Source of the DNA: Anolis carolinensis
Lineage: Eukaryota
DNA length: 64,000 nt
NCBI RefSeq assembly: GCF_035594765.1
Contig: NC_085845.1
Location: 60,196,024 to 60,260,023, forward strand
Reading direction: 5' to 3'
The translations under genes and the position numbers were made by a program. Below the pieces are notes generated by a model. That model worked only from the letters and a program-made list of their open reading frames with translations, ran no database searches and was not told the DNA's origin. Numbering within the stretch: position 1 is the first letter of the stretch; the number at the start of each line of letters is the position of its first letter. Below are positions 13,641 to 28,100 of this stretch, piece by piece.

Positions 13641-14482
13641 AATATTTAGCATAGAGTCCCTTTGCTGCTATCACTATGGGATTCTTCCACAAAGGGCAAA
13701 ACACTGTTTGGTTCTACTTCTGCAATATAAGTTACTGAGGATGCCTGCCTCTTACCAACCTTGTAATTTGGTGATATAAGCGTTTGCCGTGGAAATGGTT
13801 GGCTCACACCCCTTTCAGGATTTACGATGTCGTAAGCTAGGCTTAAAACCGTATAAACTTTACTGATCAAATTTGTGATTATGGCACTAATGCCATGAAT
13901 ATAAATGTTCCCTAAAACACACCATAAAAGCCAGGCAACTGCATCAACCAAAGCAGTTTGTGGTATGGAAAAGCGAGTAGTTGCAACAGGACTCCACAGA
14001 AGTCATGCTGCTGCTTGTTTCCATTGCCTTTGACAAAAACGGCACCATCATTGACTTTGTGTGATGTCCCTTTATCGCTGTGTCCTCCAATTAATCTGTC
14101 CTGGGACAAGGTAAATAAATATATATACACATTGGAAGATGATGCACTAGCACAACAAATGGATAGTTCTTTTCAATAAAATTAAATTTACCTATTTCCT
14201 ATATAGTGTATAACCTTCATATGTGCAGGATTAGTTCCTGTGCTTTCATTTATATCTACATTTGACGAGATATGGCATTTTCTCCATCCACTGGCACAAC
14301 TGTGGTATTTTTGAGCTGGAAGTCTTTCATTTCAATAGGTTTGCTGTTATCCATGAAGTCCGGGAACTTATCTCCTGCAGATACAGCAATCATACTATAG
14401 TGGATATAATCATATAAGCAGTGGATATTTTCAAATATGTCTGTAGCATCCTAAAATTAATTTCTTAATGTATTGTTTAATT

Positions 14483-15071
14483 TGGTGGTTCCCAACCTTT
14501 TTGTTGACCAGGAACTACTTTGACCAGGGACCACTCTCCAACATTAGTAACAAAAGGGTTATAAATCAGTTTTTGGTCAACTTTAGATTTGGCTTGGTTA
14601 TTTGGGATGCTGATTCAGAAAATTGCATTGGATAGACCACACAAGTTGTAGTTTCTTCTAATACAGAACATATACCATCCAGTAGTCGCCATCTGCTCAC
14701 CCACAGAAAACCAGAACAGGTGTGATCTATCCAATTTTCTGAATCAACACCCCCAAATAACCCCAAGAACAGGCCTAAAAACGAAGACACCAAGCCCCAC
14801 CCCCCCACCCCCCGCTTCCAGGCCCAACATGGAACGGCTCTGCTCAGGGGGAGAGAAGAGGAGGAGAAGCAGTAATCAGGAGACTTGATGTTGCTTTTTT
14901 CGTGGGTAGTCAGCCTCTCCACTCCCAACATCCCTACTGCTCAGCTCTATAAGAGGGTTTTGCGAGACCAGTAGGTTTTGTTGCAACAGTGTAGTAACGG
15001 TGAGGCCGCAAACTGTATTTTAATTCTTGGGGATCACTGGTAGTCCATGGACCACAGGGTGGGAACCACTG
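14483..15071 (+). mobile_element. hAT-type non-autonomous DNA transposon
   Basis: GTGGTTCCCAACC...GGTTGGGAACCACTG TIRs; 8-bp TSD GTTTAATT/GTTTATTT; inverted paralog at 19816. Confidence 0.8.
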
Positions 15072-15107
15072 GTTTATTTGGAAAGGTGAAAGCATAAACT
15101 GCGTATA

Positions 15108-15518
15108 CCGTGTTTCCCCAAAAATAAGACAGTGTCTTATATTAATTTTTGCTCCCAAAGATGCTCTAGGTCTTATTTTCAGGGGATGTCTTATTTTTCC
15201 ATGAAGAAGAATTCACATTTATTGTTGAACACAAAAATAAACATTTATTATATACTGTCATCACAAACCAGCATAACCAGACAAACTGAATCCTATCAAG
15301 AATTTCTTGTTACAGTACTACCAATATTTCCATGTACAACACTTCATGGTACATACATTTACCAATCCTGCATACTCTCGTGTTCTGTCTGGCGGGCATG
15401 CTTCCAAAAAAAAACTTTGCTAGGTCTTACTTTAGGGGGAGGCCTTATATTTAGCAATTCAGCAAAACCTCTACTAGGTCTTATTTTCTGCTGATGTCTT
15501 ATTTTAGGGGAAACAGGG
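15108..15518 (+). mobile_element. Tc1/mariner MITE (CC[C/G]TGTTTCCCC family), uninterrupted copy
   Basis: TIRs and TA TSD. Confidence 0.85.
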
Positions 15519-17120
15519 TAGCTAATAACAGCTGTAAGCTTTCCATTGGATGCATTAAACCATATAAAAATAAGGAGAAATTGGCTTTTTCCGTGATATA
15601 TGACTTGTGTCTTAAAAGGTGTAATGAAAATTACCTTTTTTATGCAGTTTTAAATTTTAAAATTTGACACTTTGTTCGTTCACAAGACTGGAATCAGAAA
15701 AGTTAGAATATGGCTTTAACCATCTTGATGACATGCAAAACCGTAAGCCATCAATCAGAGTTGAGCTACGAAGTGAACATACAATTTCCAAAAAACTCAT
15801 AATGAAGTTTTGGAATCTTACATGTTGGTGACTTGTAAACCTTTACCTCTTGGACTGCCAACCCACTTGCACTTTAATTGTTCAATAGCCTCCTGGGTTT
15901 CTAATATAACTCCAGTGTAACCGATAATCTGCCAGTCGTATAATCAACGTATCAGTAAAATCATCTTTATAATCTGACTCAAATTTCCCATGCTTGTGCT
16001 TATGCAGCTAGTTTAGACCACACCAAAAGAAGGCTTTGGTAAATTTGGTACTAATGTATATTGCAGGGACCTATTTGTAAACAAATAATGCTCAAGGCAA
16101 TCTGATAATAATTTCTTCTACGTAGTGATGTTTCCTATCATGTTATGTGTCCCATATACACAAAACTTTTCAGATACATACATACTTCTTTTGTTATATC
16201 ATTCTGTATTGGATTGTAGAGATTTTGCTTACTTTAATTACTAAGATGTGTGCTCTGTTTCTCTGTGAAACAGCAGCTACTCTTATGAAGAAACTAAACC
16301 ACTGAGATTTATAATCATTTTTTGTTTTCCCCAGTTTGCTTCTCAACACTCAGAGCTCTGAGAAGCACTTTGCTTAGCCAAGATAAGAGTTCAAATGTAC
16401 TACATGATGACAATTTTTCTTTCAATAATATGCAAGAGTTCAGAGCTTTTATGTTTGGGTTTCTCACTTGAGCAGTCATGGCAATCATCATATGCCTACA
16501 AATCCAAGCAGTCAAGTGTGATTTATGATTTATTGTTCTTGCTGACAAGCATATGAATGTTAATGTAAAATTATCCCAGTAAATATTTTTGCTCAACATG
16601 ATACTGGATTCTGTGAGTAAGACTTGAAAGGTTTTACTCATACAGTTTTTTTGTTTAAAAAAGATGAACTTTCAGATCAAAAATACAAAAGACTTTTTAT
16701 GATCAGTGTCGTGTGTAGATTGTCTTTTTATTTCTAAACTATTCCATCTCTGATCTGTTCATCAGCGAATATGATTTCCAATGAAATCTTGAGAACAACA
16801 GTCAAGTAGTGTATGTGAGGAAAAATACTGATCATGCCATCTTTTATGTGAGCTTGTCTACACAGCTTGATTTTGTCATTTTGCATTTAAGACGTCATTT
16901 TATTCTTACTTGAATTAATGTTAGCCAACTTAAATTATATATTTAAAATGTAGTCCTCATTTCTCGTGAAATAAACTCAAAGCATCTGACATATAAAATA
17001 TAACATTCTTAAGAACTGCATCCACTAAAGACTTAATGCTACTACTTGTGTTACCTCTGTAGCTTTTGTACTCTGGGCTGATTCTTTTCTGAGTCGATTG
17101 ATAGTGATCATATTGTTATA

Positions 17121-18325
17121 CAGACACTCCCCAAGTTACAAACATCCAAGGTGCAGGTGAGGCAACAGGAAGTGAGAGAAATCTCCTAGGAAGGGGATTT
17201 CACTCCTGGAAGAGTTATCATGGGGAAAAGGTGCATCCACAAAAGCTTTATCTCCAATCTTTGTTTCCACAACAAGTCAAATTTTTCAAAATTCAATTAT
17301 CACAGGGACAGACAGTGAGATGAAATCTTTTGAAGAGGGGCATAAACAACAAAACAAAACCCCACAGTGGTTTTAACCCTTCCCTGTGCTATCCAAATAT
17401 ATATTGGAGGTATGCAAAATGCCAAAAATCCACTTTGTATTTATGACCCCCCCCCCCAGGTTTTGTTTCTAAAGTGTTTTGTAAAATTTTGTTTCTACTC
17501 GTAATACGAAGTTCCAAAAATGTTATTTTTTATTTGCCCGTTTCTGCCAATGGAGCCACTTCCCGGGCTGGCCAATTGTACTAGACTAGAATTCCTCTTC
17601 TCACTTGACCCCAAAATGTATGTTTGTCTGTTGTTTGTATTAATATTGGCTCTACATCAACTAAACAGCAGCAGCAACCCCTGGCTACTTGGGATTGTAG
17701 AAAATAAAGCACACACTGCACTTTGCAGAATTGAATTATACTTTTAAAACCAACAGAAAGGAAAGCAAGAAGGCTAGATTAGAATTAAAATAGAATTAAA
17801 ATAGACTAGAAAATAAAGAAAGCAGTTTGTACAGAAAGATCTAGCTCCTAGCTTCTGCGATACCCTTGATCTCGCAGCTCTTTCCCAGCTCACTCACACA
17901 ATGGCAAGTGATGCATTTTTAAAAAATGCCAGGAGTGCCTCCTCCCTTCCCGTCTTCTTCAGTCCTGATAGGCTGAGGACAGCATGTCACATACTAGTTT
18001 GGCTGCACCCAGAAAAGATTTTTTGCACTGAAAAAGAAGCTGACTCACTGTGACTTACGAAAAGTAACGAACTTCTTATGAAAAATCCGTAAATGGCTGT
18101 TTTAATTAGTTTGTGTTGGGCGGGGGCGCTGCCCTGGCTTCGTAAAGTAGATCCTACATATGGATTTTTTGAAACACTTACAACCAGCATCCAAATTTTT
18201 GCCCAGCCCTAATATTTATTTGGCTGGAGTTACACCTAAAAATGTAACTGTTCCGACTTACATACAAATTTAACTGAAGAACAAGCCTACAGAACCTTTC
18301 TTGTTTATAACTTGGGCACTGCCTG
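17121..18325 (-). mobile_element. Tigger-like MITE containing a nested ~800-bp hAT-like insertion (about 17405-18211)
   Basis: Outer TIRs with TA flanks, reverse complement of the 11233 copy; inner element ends GCCCAGCCCTA. Confidence 0.65.
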
Positions 18326-18420
18326 TATTACAGTTTGAGCTGTCAGATTTGTGGTGAGGAAGATATAACTCTCCAAATTATATTGGACTTCTATCATCCC
18401 AAGCCAGTAAATTTGCAGGA

Positions 18421-18688
18421 TTTTTTTTACATGTCAGGAGCAACTTGAGAAACTGCAAGTTGCTTCTGGTGTAAGAGAATTGGCCATCTGCAAGGACATT
18501 GCCCAGGGGACGCCCAGATGTTTGATGTTTTACCATCCTTGTGGGAAGCTTCTCTCATGTCCCCGCATGGGGAGCTGGAGCTGATAGAGCGAGCTCATCA
18601 GCGCTCTCCCCAGATTCGAACCCACAACCTTCAGGTCAGCAGTCCTGCTGGCACAAGGGTTTAACCCATTGCGCCACCATTGGCTCAG
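18421..18688 (-). mobile_element. Anolis SINE2-like SINE
   Basis: Full-length; TSD TTTGCAGGA at 18412-18420 and 18689-18697. Confidence 0.85.
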
Positions 18689-19815
18689 TTTGCAGGATGA
18701 TTCAAATAATTATATACCTGTCTCAAATCCTTGTTTGACCCAACTATCTCATATACTTTAAGCATTGTCGAAATAGTATGTATATATAATAAAAATGTGA
18801 CCAGTTTACATGCCTGCAGTACATCCATACCATATCAGCTGTATGTTTCTTGTGTTTGATTTTGTTTGTTTGTTTGATTTGGTGTTTTTCACTGGGCAAC
18901 ATAGCTTAAGAACTGGGCACCAATAGTGTTCACAAATATGTGGTATCGAGAGGGAAAGGCTGGCTTATGTGCATGTTGAGTATTTTCATCTATTTGCACA
19001 TGAGAATTTATAGAGATCATTCTGGCAATTCAGATTAATAGCTTCGGGACTGTTTCCCTTCTAGAATTGTGATTCCGTATCCTCATGTGACATCGCTGTA
19101 AGTTTTTTGTAAACAGTAGAGATATCTCCCTTACTGATGCTGAATTAGCCTCTCTTGAACCAAAGCTGCAGTTTCATTTAATCAGTTGTTTATCAGGTTG
19201 TGCCTTGTGTGTTGTTTTTCATTTTCAGGGGATGTTCTGGCTTGTTTAGAAGTGTGATATTTCTGTAGCCTTGCAACAAGAAGGAAATTAGATTTTCCAT
19301 TGTTGTCTACAGAGGTTCAGAATAATTACTTAGACTTTGTTTCATTATAGAACCATCAGCTTATGTTTTAAAGTAGCACAGACTTTTTTCAGGAATGTAA
19401 TTAGGAGCTCTAGCATGTTGACCATAATGAACAATGTGTTTTCAAACTATAGTTTAAAAAATTAAACTGACAATTTTAAACTTTAACCACATCTTTTTTA
19501 AAGAAAGCTGTCTTGGAACATGTGTAAAGACAAAGTGAGGGTATACATTAAATTATTTTATTTGTTCTTGGATCCTGTATAAATGGTCTTGTTTTAATCG
19601 TATGAAATGTTGTTAAACTTTGAGGAAGGGGGATAGATTATATTAATAATTTTAATGGATTCTGCAGTCTGTGCATTTTATAAGAACTATTTTCTGGAAT
19701 TATTCTTTAAGCGATATATTTTAGGACTTCTTAAGGCATCTGATGTAGTGGACTGTAGGTTACCATATTTGTGTCCTCACCAAAATTGTCACTTTTTTAT
19801 TTCCTTGCTATCAAC

Positions 19816-20392
19816 TAGTGGTTCCCAGCCTGTGGTCCGTAACCCACCAGTGATCCCCAAGAACTGAAATATGGTCCGTGGTCTTACTGTTACTACACCG
19901 TTGCAACAAGACTGACTAGTCTTGTGAAACCATCTTACAGTGCCGAGGCAATGGGGATGTCAAGAGGCTGACTACCCACAAAAGGCACAACATCAAGCCT
20001 CCTGACTGCTGCTTTTCCTCTTCCTCCCTCCTCCTGAACACAGTCATTACATGTGACACCAGGAAGCGAGGGCGCGCCTTGGTGTCTTCATTTTTAGGCC
20101 TATTCCTGGAGTTGTTTGGGGTGCTGATTCAGAAAATTACATTGGATAGATTATATCAGCTCTAGATTATTAAATATGGTTTTCTGTGGGCGAGCAGATG
20201 GAGACTACTGGATGGCATATGTTCTGTATCAGAAACTAAAGCTGATGTGGTCTATCCAATGCAATTTTCTGAATCAGCACCCCAAATAACCAAACTGAAT
20301 GTAAAGCTGACCAACAATTGATTTGTAACCTTTTTGGTACTAATGTTGGAGAGTGGTCCCTGGTTTTTTTAAAAAAAGGTTGGGAACCACTG
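19816..20392 (-). mobile_element. hAT-type non-autonomous DNA transposon (paralog of 14483-15071)
   Basis: TIRs; degenerate 8-bp TSD CTATCAAC/CTATAAAA. Confidence 0.8.
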
Positions 20393-20486
20393 CTATAAAA
20401 CAACAACTAATGGCTCATGGACTGGCATAGGTCCACAGACTACCACTTTGAGTAACACTGCAGTGAAAAGTCATTTGTATTGCATG

Positions 20487-21168
20487 CAAGGGCGATTCAC
20501 CCGTTAGGCCAACTAGGCAGCTGCCAAAGGTGCCATGCTCTGGGGGGTGCAGTTGAGGCGCCTCCAAGTTGAGCAGCTTCTTGGTTTTTTTTTCTTTTTT
20601 CCCCTCCGCTGGGAGGGGACACGCCCTCTCATGCATGCGTGCATGCATGCGCATGCACCCCCACCTCCTCCTCCCAGACTCGCTGCCAGAGGCAGGCATG
20701 CAAGGAGGGAGGCGTGCCCCGAGGGACAACAAGAGAGGCCTTCACCGGCATGGACAGTGGCAAGGTAGGGATGCCGCTGGCGCGAGGAGGGGGCGGGGGC
20801 GGCTGGGAGTGGGCAGTGCCAGGCCCCTAGGCCCTCGTGCCGCGGTGTCCCTACCTTGTCTGTGCCGGTGAAGGTCTCTCTTGTTGTCCCTTGGGGCGCG
20901 CCTCCCTCCTCGCCTGCCTGCCTCCGGCAGCGAGTCTGGGAGGAGGAGGCGGGGGTGCGTGCGCATGCATGCACACATGCGCGCACATGGAAGTGCATGC
21001 CCACTCTCAGCCGGCCCCTCCTCCTCCTCGCGCCGCGGCTTCCCTACCTTGCCATTGGCTGCACCAGGCTCCATAGGAGGAGGGGGGGCAGGCGGGGGGG
21101 GGCAGGGCCGGCGGGGGGGGGCAAAATTCTGTTCGCCTACACATGAAAATTACCTAGGGCCGGCCCTG
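20487..21168. mobile_element. GC-rich hAT-type element with a long internal inverted repeat
   Basis: Ends CAAGGGCG...GGCCGGCCCTG; degenerate 8-bp TSD ATTGCATG/ATTGTAAG. Confidence 0.65.
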
Positions 21169-21655
21169 ATTGTAAGTGTATACTTCATCACTACCTAACA
21201 GAGTTATTTTAGTCACATGATCTTTGTCCAAACAATGTACTTTGTTTCATTATGAAGAGAACAAGGTGCCAATGCAAAGAAATGAGAAGGGAAACAGTAG
21301 AGTCCTTTACAGAGGTTTCCATTTAGTTGTTTAAATATTAACTCCAGGTACTTTTACCTGCAAAGAGCATCCAACACTGCAAAATCTAACAAGATGCCCC
21401 ACAGACAAGTGCTGTCTCTGTACAACCCTAGTTTTTAATGCATGTAATTGAAAATTCTTTAATACTTTTTTTTAAAGTGCTGTCTCTGTTATTGCACTTT
21501 CATAATGGCATGCCTTTCCCTTAGAAGTGCATATGTGTGTTTGTGTGTGTATCTCTGTGAAACATTTGAATTACTGTTGGAATGAGAAACTGAAGCTGGG
21601 TCTTCAACTCTGCAGATAATTTTGTTCTATGGTTTTATTTGTCCCTCTTGTGTAG

Positions 21656-22119
21656 GATGACAGGGAAGCCAGAAATCTCAAGCCAAACAATGGAGACCAT
21701 GGCCTCGTTCCTGGAAATGACAAATTTAAACCTGTGTTACCTTGGCCTCATGTTGAAGGTGTGGAGGTAGACTTGGAGGCAATTCGAAGAAGGAATAAAG
21801 CCAAAAATGAAGGGAATCCTCTTGCTGGCGGCAGTAATGATCAACAAAACATCATGGAGCGACAGTATCTTACATTTAAGCCACAGACTCTTGTCTACCG
21901 TGATCCTGTATTACGTCCTGGAATTCTTGGTAATTTTGAACCCAAAGAACCTGAACCTCATGGAGTTGTCAATGGCCCTGGTGAGGAAGCCAAGCCATAT
22001 GTTTTAGGAGCAGAGTATAAAGAATCTGTTCAAGCCAGCATTAAAGAGTTTGGGTTTAACATGGTAGCAAGTGATATGATCTCGCTAGATCGAAGCATTA
22101 ATGACATACGTCAAGAAGA
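21656..22119 (+). CDS. GALNT7: GALNT7 exon 2 (stem region, 464 nt)
   Basis: tgtag|GATGAC...CAAGAAGA|gtaagt; DDREAR...[13 protein letters not shown]...[24 protein letters not shown]. Confidence 0.95.
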
Positions 22120-25100
22120 GTAAGTATCTGAAATGCCTATTTTTACGGTCCTTTTAACATGATGGGTTTCTTTGATTTTTGTGCTTAAAATGACTCAGGT
22201 GGGGTTGTTATGATAAGACTATTTCCTTGTTGACTTATGCATAAGGTTTTATCTGGTCTTTAATGTTGTATGCTTTCTTTGCTATGATTCATTTCTGTAA
22301 CAAACAAAACCTTGTGATCATTTATGTCTCCATTTTTCCAGATTTTATTGTAATAATTACTTCCCTTTAGTATCATATTCAAGTAGTCATCCATTCAATT
22401 ATCATCCAACATCCACTTTTAACTCGAAGAAATATGTTGATATAATTGGTATTTCTTGATGCGCAATCATATAAAGCTCCAAGAAAAATACTGGTATTCC
22501 CAGGAGAATGTTACTGACAGTGGTATTTAAAATTCATGTGACTTGCAGTATTATATTCACAGTGATTGTTAGTGCTTATTTCTCTCAATACAAAAGCAAA
22601 GGCATAAGCTATCCCCAGTCTGGTTCTTCCATTGTTTTAGAAGAGTTGTAAGCACGTACTTAACCCTTTTAATGAAATCAGTGGAGAAAGCATGGCTTGA
22701 GTATGGCACACTTTCACACATTTAATATGTTGTTAAATATTATAAATAGTATACCAAGCATGAAAACAGTGAGCAATAAATAATTTATTTAAAGTCACAT
22801 TTGATTTGAAATCAATCAATCAATTTATTAATGCTCCAACCAATGGTCATATACATTTACAGAAACAACATCAAACATCTATACAAAACACTGTAAAATC
22901 CAACAGTTAAAGGTAAGGTGCAAGCAGAATAAAACAATGCAAAATATACATTGTGGGTGTTTTGAAATTACAGTATTTTTCTCTATTAGATGCGATACGA
23001 GTTGGCCTGCCATGGAAAAGTTTATGTAACTCTTTCTATGTAACTTGCTGTTTGAAATATAACCTTTTTTCTCTCCCATGAGGCATAGTGCCAGGATCTA
23101 ACTGTACTATCGGGACAGTCATACCTTTGGCTACTATAACTCAACTGTTTGTCTGAGGAATATTTTCCACAATGTGATCTGTGAACAAAATCAGGCAGTT
23201 GCTACCCTTCGGGTTATTTTTCTTCTGTGAATTTACTGTCTGCTGCAGAGTGTTTTTTTACGCTGAATTCACTCTGAAAGAATAGTACAATGGTTCCTTT
23301 TAAGACTTAAGCAAAACATTTCCTTCGCAGTTTTGTGGCAACTGCCAAATGTAACTCTGCTGGGAAGTAGTTTTTTGTTCAGTGCATTTTTTCCCCAAGT
23401 ACAAACTATCAGGTTTTCTTCTGTCTCTTGCCATTAATAATTTAAGAATTCTGGGCTCTGGGCTTCTCTTCCAAATAACTGGATAAAGTAAAAGATATGT
23501 AGGCTGGTACTCAGAGGTCTCTTTCTATAGATGGAGTGGCTCTATCCATATTGAGGCGGCTTTAAATCCTGAATTCCCCTTTTTCTTCTTTCTTACTACT
23601 GTAATCCCCTATAAGGGAAAGGGAAAGGTTTTCCCAACATTAAGTCTAGTCGTGTCCAATTCTGAGGGTTGGTTCTCATCTCCATTTTTAAGCCGAAGAG
23701 TCGGTGTTGTCTGTAGACACCTCCAAAGTCATGTGGCCAGCTTGACTGCATGGAGCTCTGTTACCTTCCCACCAAAACAGTACCTATTGATCTACTCACA
23801 TTTGCATGTTTTCGAACTGCTAGGTTGGCAGAAACTAGAGCTTGCAGTGGGAGCTCACCCTGCTCCCCACATTTGAACCACCAACCTTATACATTCTATA
23901 ATCCCCTATACCTTCTGAAAATCAGCTCTGGAAGCGAGGTTGGTGGGGACAAGGGAGAGGGCCTTCTTGATAGTGGCCCTCCGGCTCTGGAATGCTCTCC
24001 CCAAGGAAATAAGACAAGTGCCCACTTTGTTAACTTTCAAGAAAGAGCTAAAATGTTGGCTATTTAAGCAAGCCTTTGAGAATGGCTGGACTGCATTGGA
24101 AACCATCAGACAGGAATGGCTGGTTAAATTGTGATATATACTTAGACTGTTTTTATCGGACTATTAGTTTAAATTGCTCTGTCGTTGTGAATTTTAACTT
24201 CTAGATTGTTTTTACAGGACAAATAGTTTTTAAACTGCTATTTATTAATACTTATGGTATTTTAAATTGCACTAAATGATAATTGGTTATTGTTAGCCCC
24301 GGTGGAGCAGTGGGTTAAACCGCTAAGCTGCTGAACTTGCGGATTGAAAGGTCAGCACTTTAAATCGAGGGAGTGAGTTCCCACTGTTAGCCCCAACTTC
24401 TGCCAACCTAGCAGTTTGGAAACATGCAAATGTGAGTAGAACAATAGGTACTGCTTCAGCGAGAAGGTAACAATGGTCCATGCAGTCATGCCAGCCACAT
24501 GACCTTGGAGGTGTCTACGGACGATGCCAGCTCTTTGGCTTAGAAATGGAGATGAGCACCAACCCCCAGAATCAGACACAACTAGACTTAATGTCAGGGG
24601 AAAACCTTTACCTTAGACACTCAGTCGATAGGTGATGTAGAAACCGGAGTCTTTTAAACTACACAATTGAAGTGCTATGATTCCACTTACTGCCACGGCT
24701 GTATTGTGTAAAATCATGGGATATGTAGTTTTGGGAGGTACTAGTGTGCTCTGATTGACAATTCTGAATACTTCTCCCAAACTGCAAAATCCAGAATTCT
24801 GTAGCCTGGAATAATGATGGCCATTGAAATGGAATCACACGGCTGTAATTTGAGCATGAAAAAACCCCAATTGGACACAGAATTGTACATATTCCTGTCA
24901 TCAGGGAAGATTGAATCCAGCTCTTTCAATGTATTCTTTTTATCTCCTTCTCTATCTCTTCTCTTGTCTTTTAGGTTGTAAACCTGAGGGCAGGGATTTT
25001 CTTAAGCACTGATTTTTGAAAGCCTCTTTAAGAGCATGTCTTGATTGAACCCTCGGTTTAAGAAGAAAACCCCTTCAAATCAAAATAAATTGTTCTGACT

Positions 25101-28100
25101 AGTCTGTTATTGCCTGCTCTAACTGGGAGTAACTATTCAAGGTGTCGGGCAGAAATCTTTTGTAGTCCTGCAGTCAAAGTTGTTTTGAAACAGAAGATGT
25201 TAGAATTGAACCTAATCCCAGGGGAATAGCTGTTGTACTTACTGTACCAAAAGCAGCAGTGCATTTGGCCTTACTTTGTCAAATTGATTAAGCTTTCTGT
25301 GGATTAGAGTCCAGTTCATCAGATGAATTGCAATCTTGAAATTGATGGACGGATATCCAAATGGTGCAGGTGGGTAGAGATTCAAAAATTCAGAGAACAG
25401 TGACCACTCAATAGAAACAAAATAATTGGCTAACTATTAACAGAACAGTGTTGATGGTCAAACAAATGGCAATTTTATCAAGGAATTCTCCAGTCCAATT
25501 TAGAATGGCTGGTTTAATCTTTAAGAGCAGAATGTCCTGTGAAGTGGGAAAATCACCTTCTTATTTCTACTAGTTGCATGCCTATTCTTTTAAATGAAGG
25601 CTGGATTATTTTGTCATGTTGAGTAGATAGTTGGCTTGTGCATTTCGGCTATCAATCAGTTTCTGCCTGCTGGATACTAGTAGACCCCCATATCAATTTT
25701 TGTGCGCCTCCTGAAAACAGGCGCACAGCCGGATGGAGTTTTCAGACCGCAGCCGACAAATATGGCTAGATCTGGGCAATTGGGGGGGGGGGCCTCCCCA
25801 GGCTCCCCAGGCTGGGCTTCCTTTAAAAAGCCCTTTTTTCTCTTGATTTGCACTGCATGCTGTGCTTGCCCTTTTCCCCCTCATGCCTTTCTGCTTTGAG
25901 TTTAATGCTTCCTTAAAGCTGTTTCTACTTTCTACTCTAGAGGAGAGGTAACTAAATACACTGGAGCCAGGGCAACTGTGATGCCGAATAGGGGAGGAGG
26001 AGCCATGATTGGCTGCCACATGGTCCCGTTATGGACGGGAAAATGTGACTTCTGAGCCCTTGACGTTACGGCCACCCGGTAGAGCCGAAGAAGCCGGTTT
26101 GGCCAAAGTAAAACGGCTAAAATGGATCCGTGCACAAGTCTAGTAGATAGCATTACTGGCAGATAATAGTAGAAATCACAGTGCCCTTTCGTTGTGCCTG
26201 AACCTATATGTAAAGCAAATGTGTTATGACAAAACATTGTCCTGCTTCCATCATTAAAATAATTACTGCTCCCAGGATGGGTACTTCAGTGATGCAGAGG
26301 ATAAAGTTCAGGTGTCTGGTGTAATCACTTTTGGCAGTGTGTGTAAAATTGCCATCTTCTGTCTTGCTTGTGTCACATAAGGTTTGATTGGTTTAGAAGA
26401 AACCTCATAGATCAGTGGCAGAGTTCATAATTTGTGTGCAGAGTCTCAGATGCAATTCTGAACAGATTTGGGAAAAGTTCAGATTCAGCTGCTGGAGAGC
26501 TAGCACCTTCCAGTGTAGGTTATACTAAGTTATATAGATCAAATTCCTATGTTTCTCTGGGTGTTTATAAACATGTCACGAACAACTCAAAACTGCTTGG
26601 TTGGGTGCACTTTTTAGGGAAGTGTAACTGCTGGCAAAGAGCAGAGACTGTACTGTTTTGCTAATAGCATTTTTAAAATGCTTGCTAAACTAGACCTGAC
26701 TACAATGTATTCTGTTCTTGGTATGGGGAAGAGAGTAAAAGGAAGCTTTATTTCAGTATCACTTAATGTGATCTATGTAACAAACTAGGAGAAGTGTGTT
26801 AGTTCATGTGTCACACGTGAAAAGATAAGGAGAGGGTAAAACAGTTCAGGTGCCAGATGGAGACAGGAATATCTGATAACGTGTTTCTCCAACAGCTATA
26901 GTTAGAGCTAAAGTGCTGCAGAGTAAGAGCCAATGCTCGGTGGAATAGCAGTGCGAAATATTTTGCACAAGGTGGCAGTATGAATCAAGCTTTCAAGAGA
27001 ATTCCATTGTGAAATGAAACTTATATTAAAAATACTTCCTTGTTTATATCAAGAAACACAGTGGTGGAACTTCAGTTATTCTTAATTGATAATGGATAGA
27101 AGACATATCATAACCTGCCTCATAACATTAGTTACCTTGTTGATTCCAGTGTGAAATTCATGTCTTGAGGAAATAAGTAATAATGAACAACATCAGCTTG
27201 CTCAGAGGTTGTAGATAAATTTTACTCCAGAGTATATCTAATGTCTATTACAGGTATAAGGATAAACCTGTAATGGATAAAGTATACTATAAATCTTTCC
27301 AAACACATTAGTGTGTTGACTGTAATTTTTTTATCATGTCAGAGGCAACTTAAGAACATACTGCAAGTCACTTGTGGTGTGAGAGAATTGGTCGTCTACA
27401 GAGATGTTGCCCAGGGCACACCCAGATGTATCACCATCCTGCTGGGTGGCTTCTCTCATGTCCCAAGCTAGAGCTGACAGACGGGAACTCGCCCCATCTC
27501 GTGGAATCAAACCTTGAGGTCATCAACCCAATCTTTAGGTCAGTAGACCAGCTGGCACAAGGGTTTAACCCACTGTGCCACCGTAGCTCTCTATGTGTAG
27601 GTGTGTCACAGAATGCAACGAGAAACCTCTGAGTCTATGTGAAATAAGCAATAAGCAATAAAACATGAGTGAAAGATTTTCTTGAGCTACATTGTGTCCC
27701 CATACATGTCAGTATCACACTTTATGTATGTGTCCATCTTTCTTATAAAGAATTGGTTTCGCTTTCAGCTTGCTAGGAGGACTCAATTACTGTGTCACAA
27801 AGTGATGCATGTCTAAAAAGTGGTATGCTATGTGTGTGTAGGTAGATATAATGAAATGAAATGCTTAGTTAGTTTTTTTGTAATTGAGACATCCACTGGA
27901 TGTCACTGTTCTCCTAAGTACTAGCTTTTCAGGTTTATCTAGTTAGATTTCAGTTGCTTGGGAACCAGTTGTGGGTGGGCAAGTCATAGCAATGTTTTTT
28001 GTTTTTTATATATGTGTGTGTGTGTGTGTATGTGTTTGTTTATAAGTTGGTTAAGTTAGATATCCTCCCCGAATCATGACTTGAGGGAGAAATAAGTCAG

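Noticed and set aside
13735-13749. CTGAGGATGCCTGCC match to the Penelope hammerhead start
   Set aside because: No stem II partner or GAAA...NUH at the right distance; treated as a chance match or tiny remnant.
20415-21198. Cluster of 60-160-aa ORFs on both strands
   Set aside because: A GC-rich inverted repeat depleted of stops; the ORFs mirror each other and show no recognisable domain.
1-21655. GALNT7 exon 1 or promoter within the window
   Set aside because: No N-terminal transmembrane-coding exon or non-TE CpG island found; this is the distal part of intron 1.
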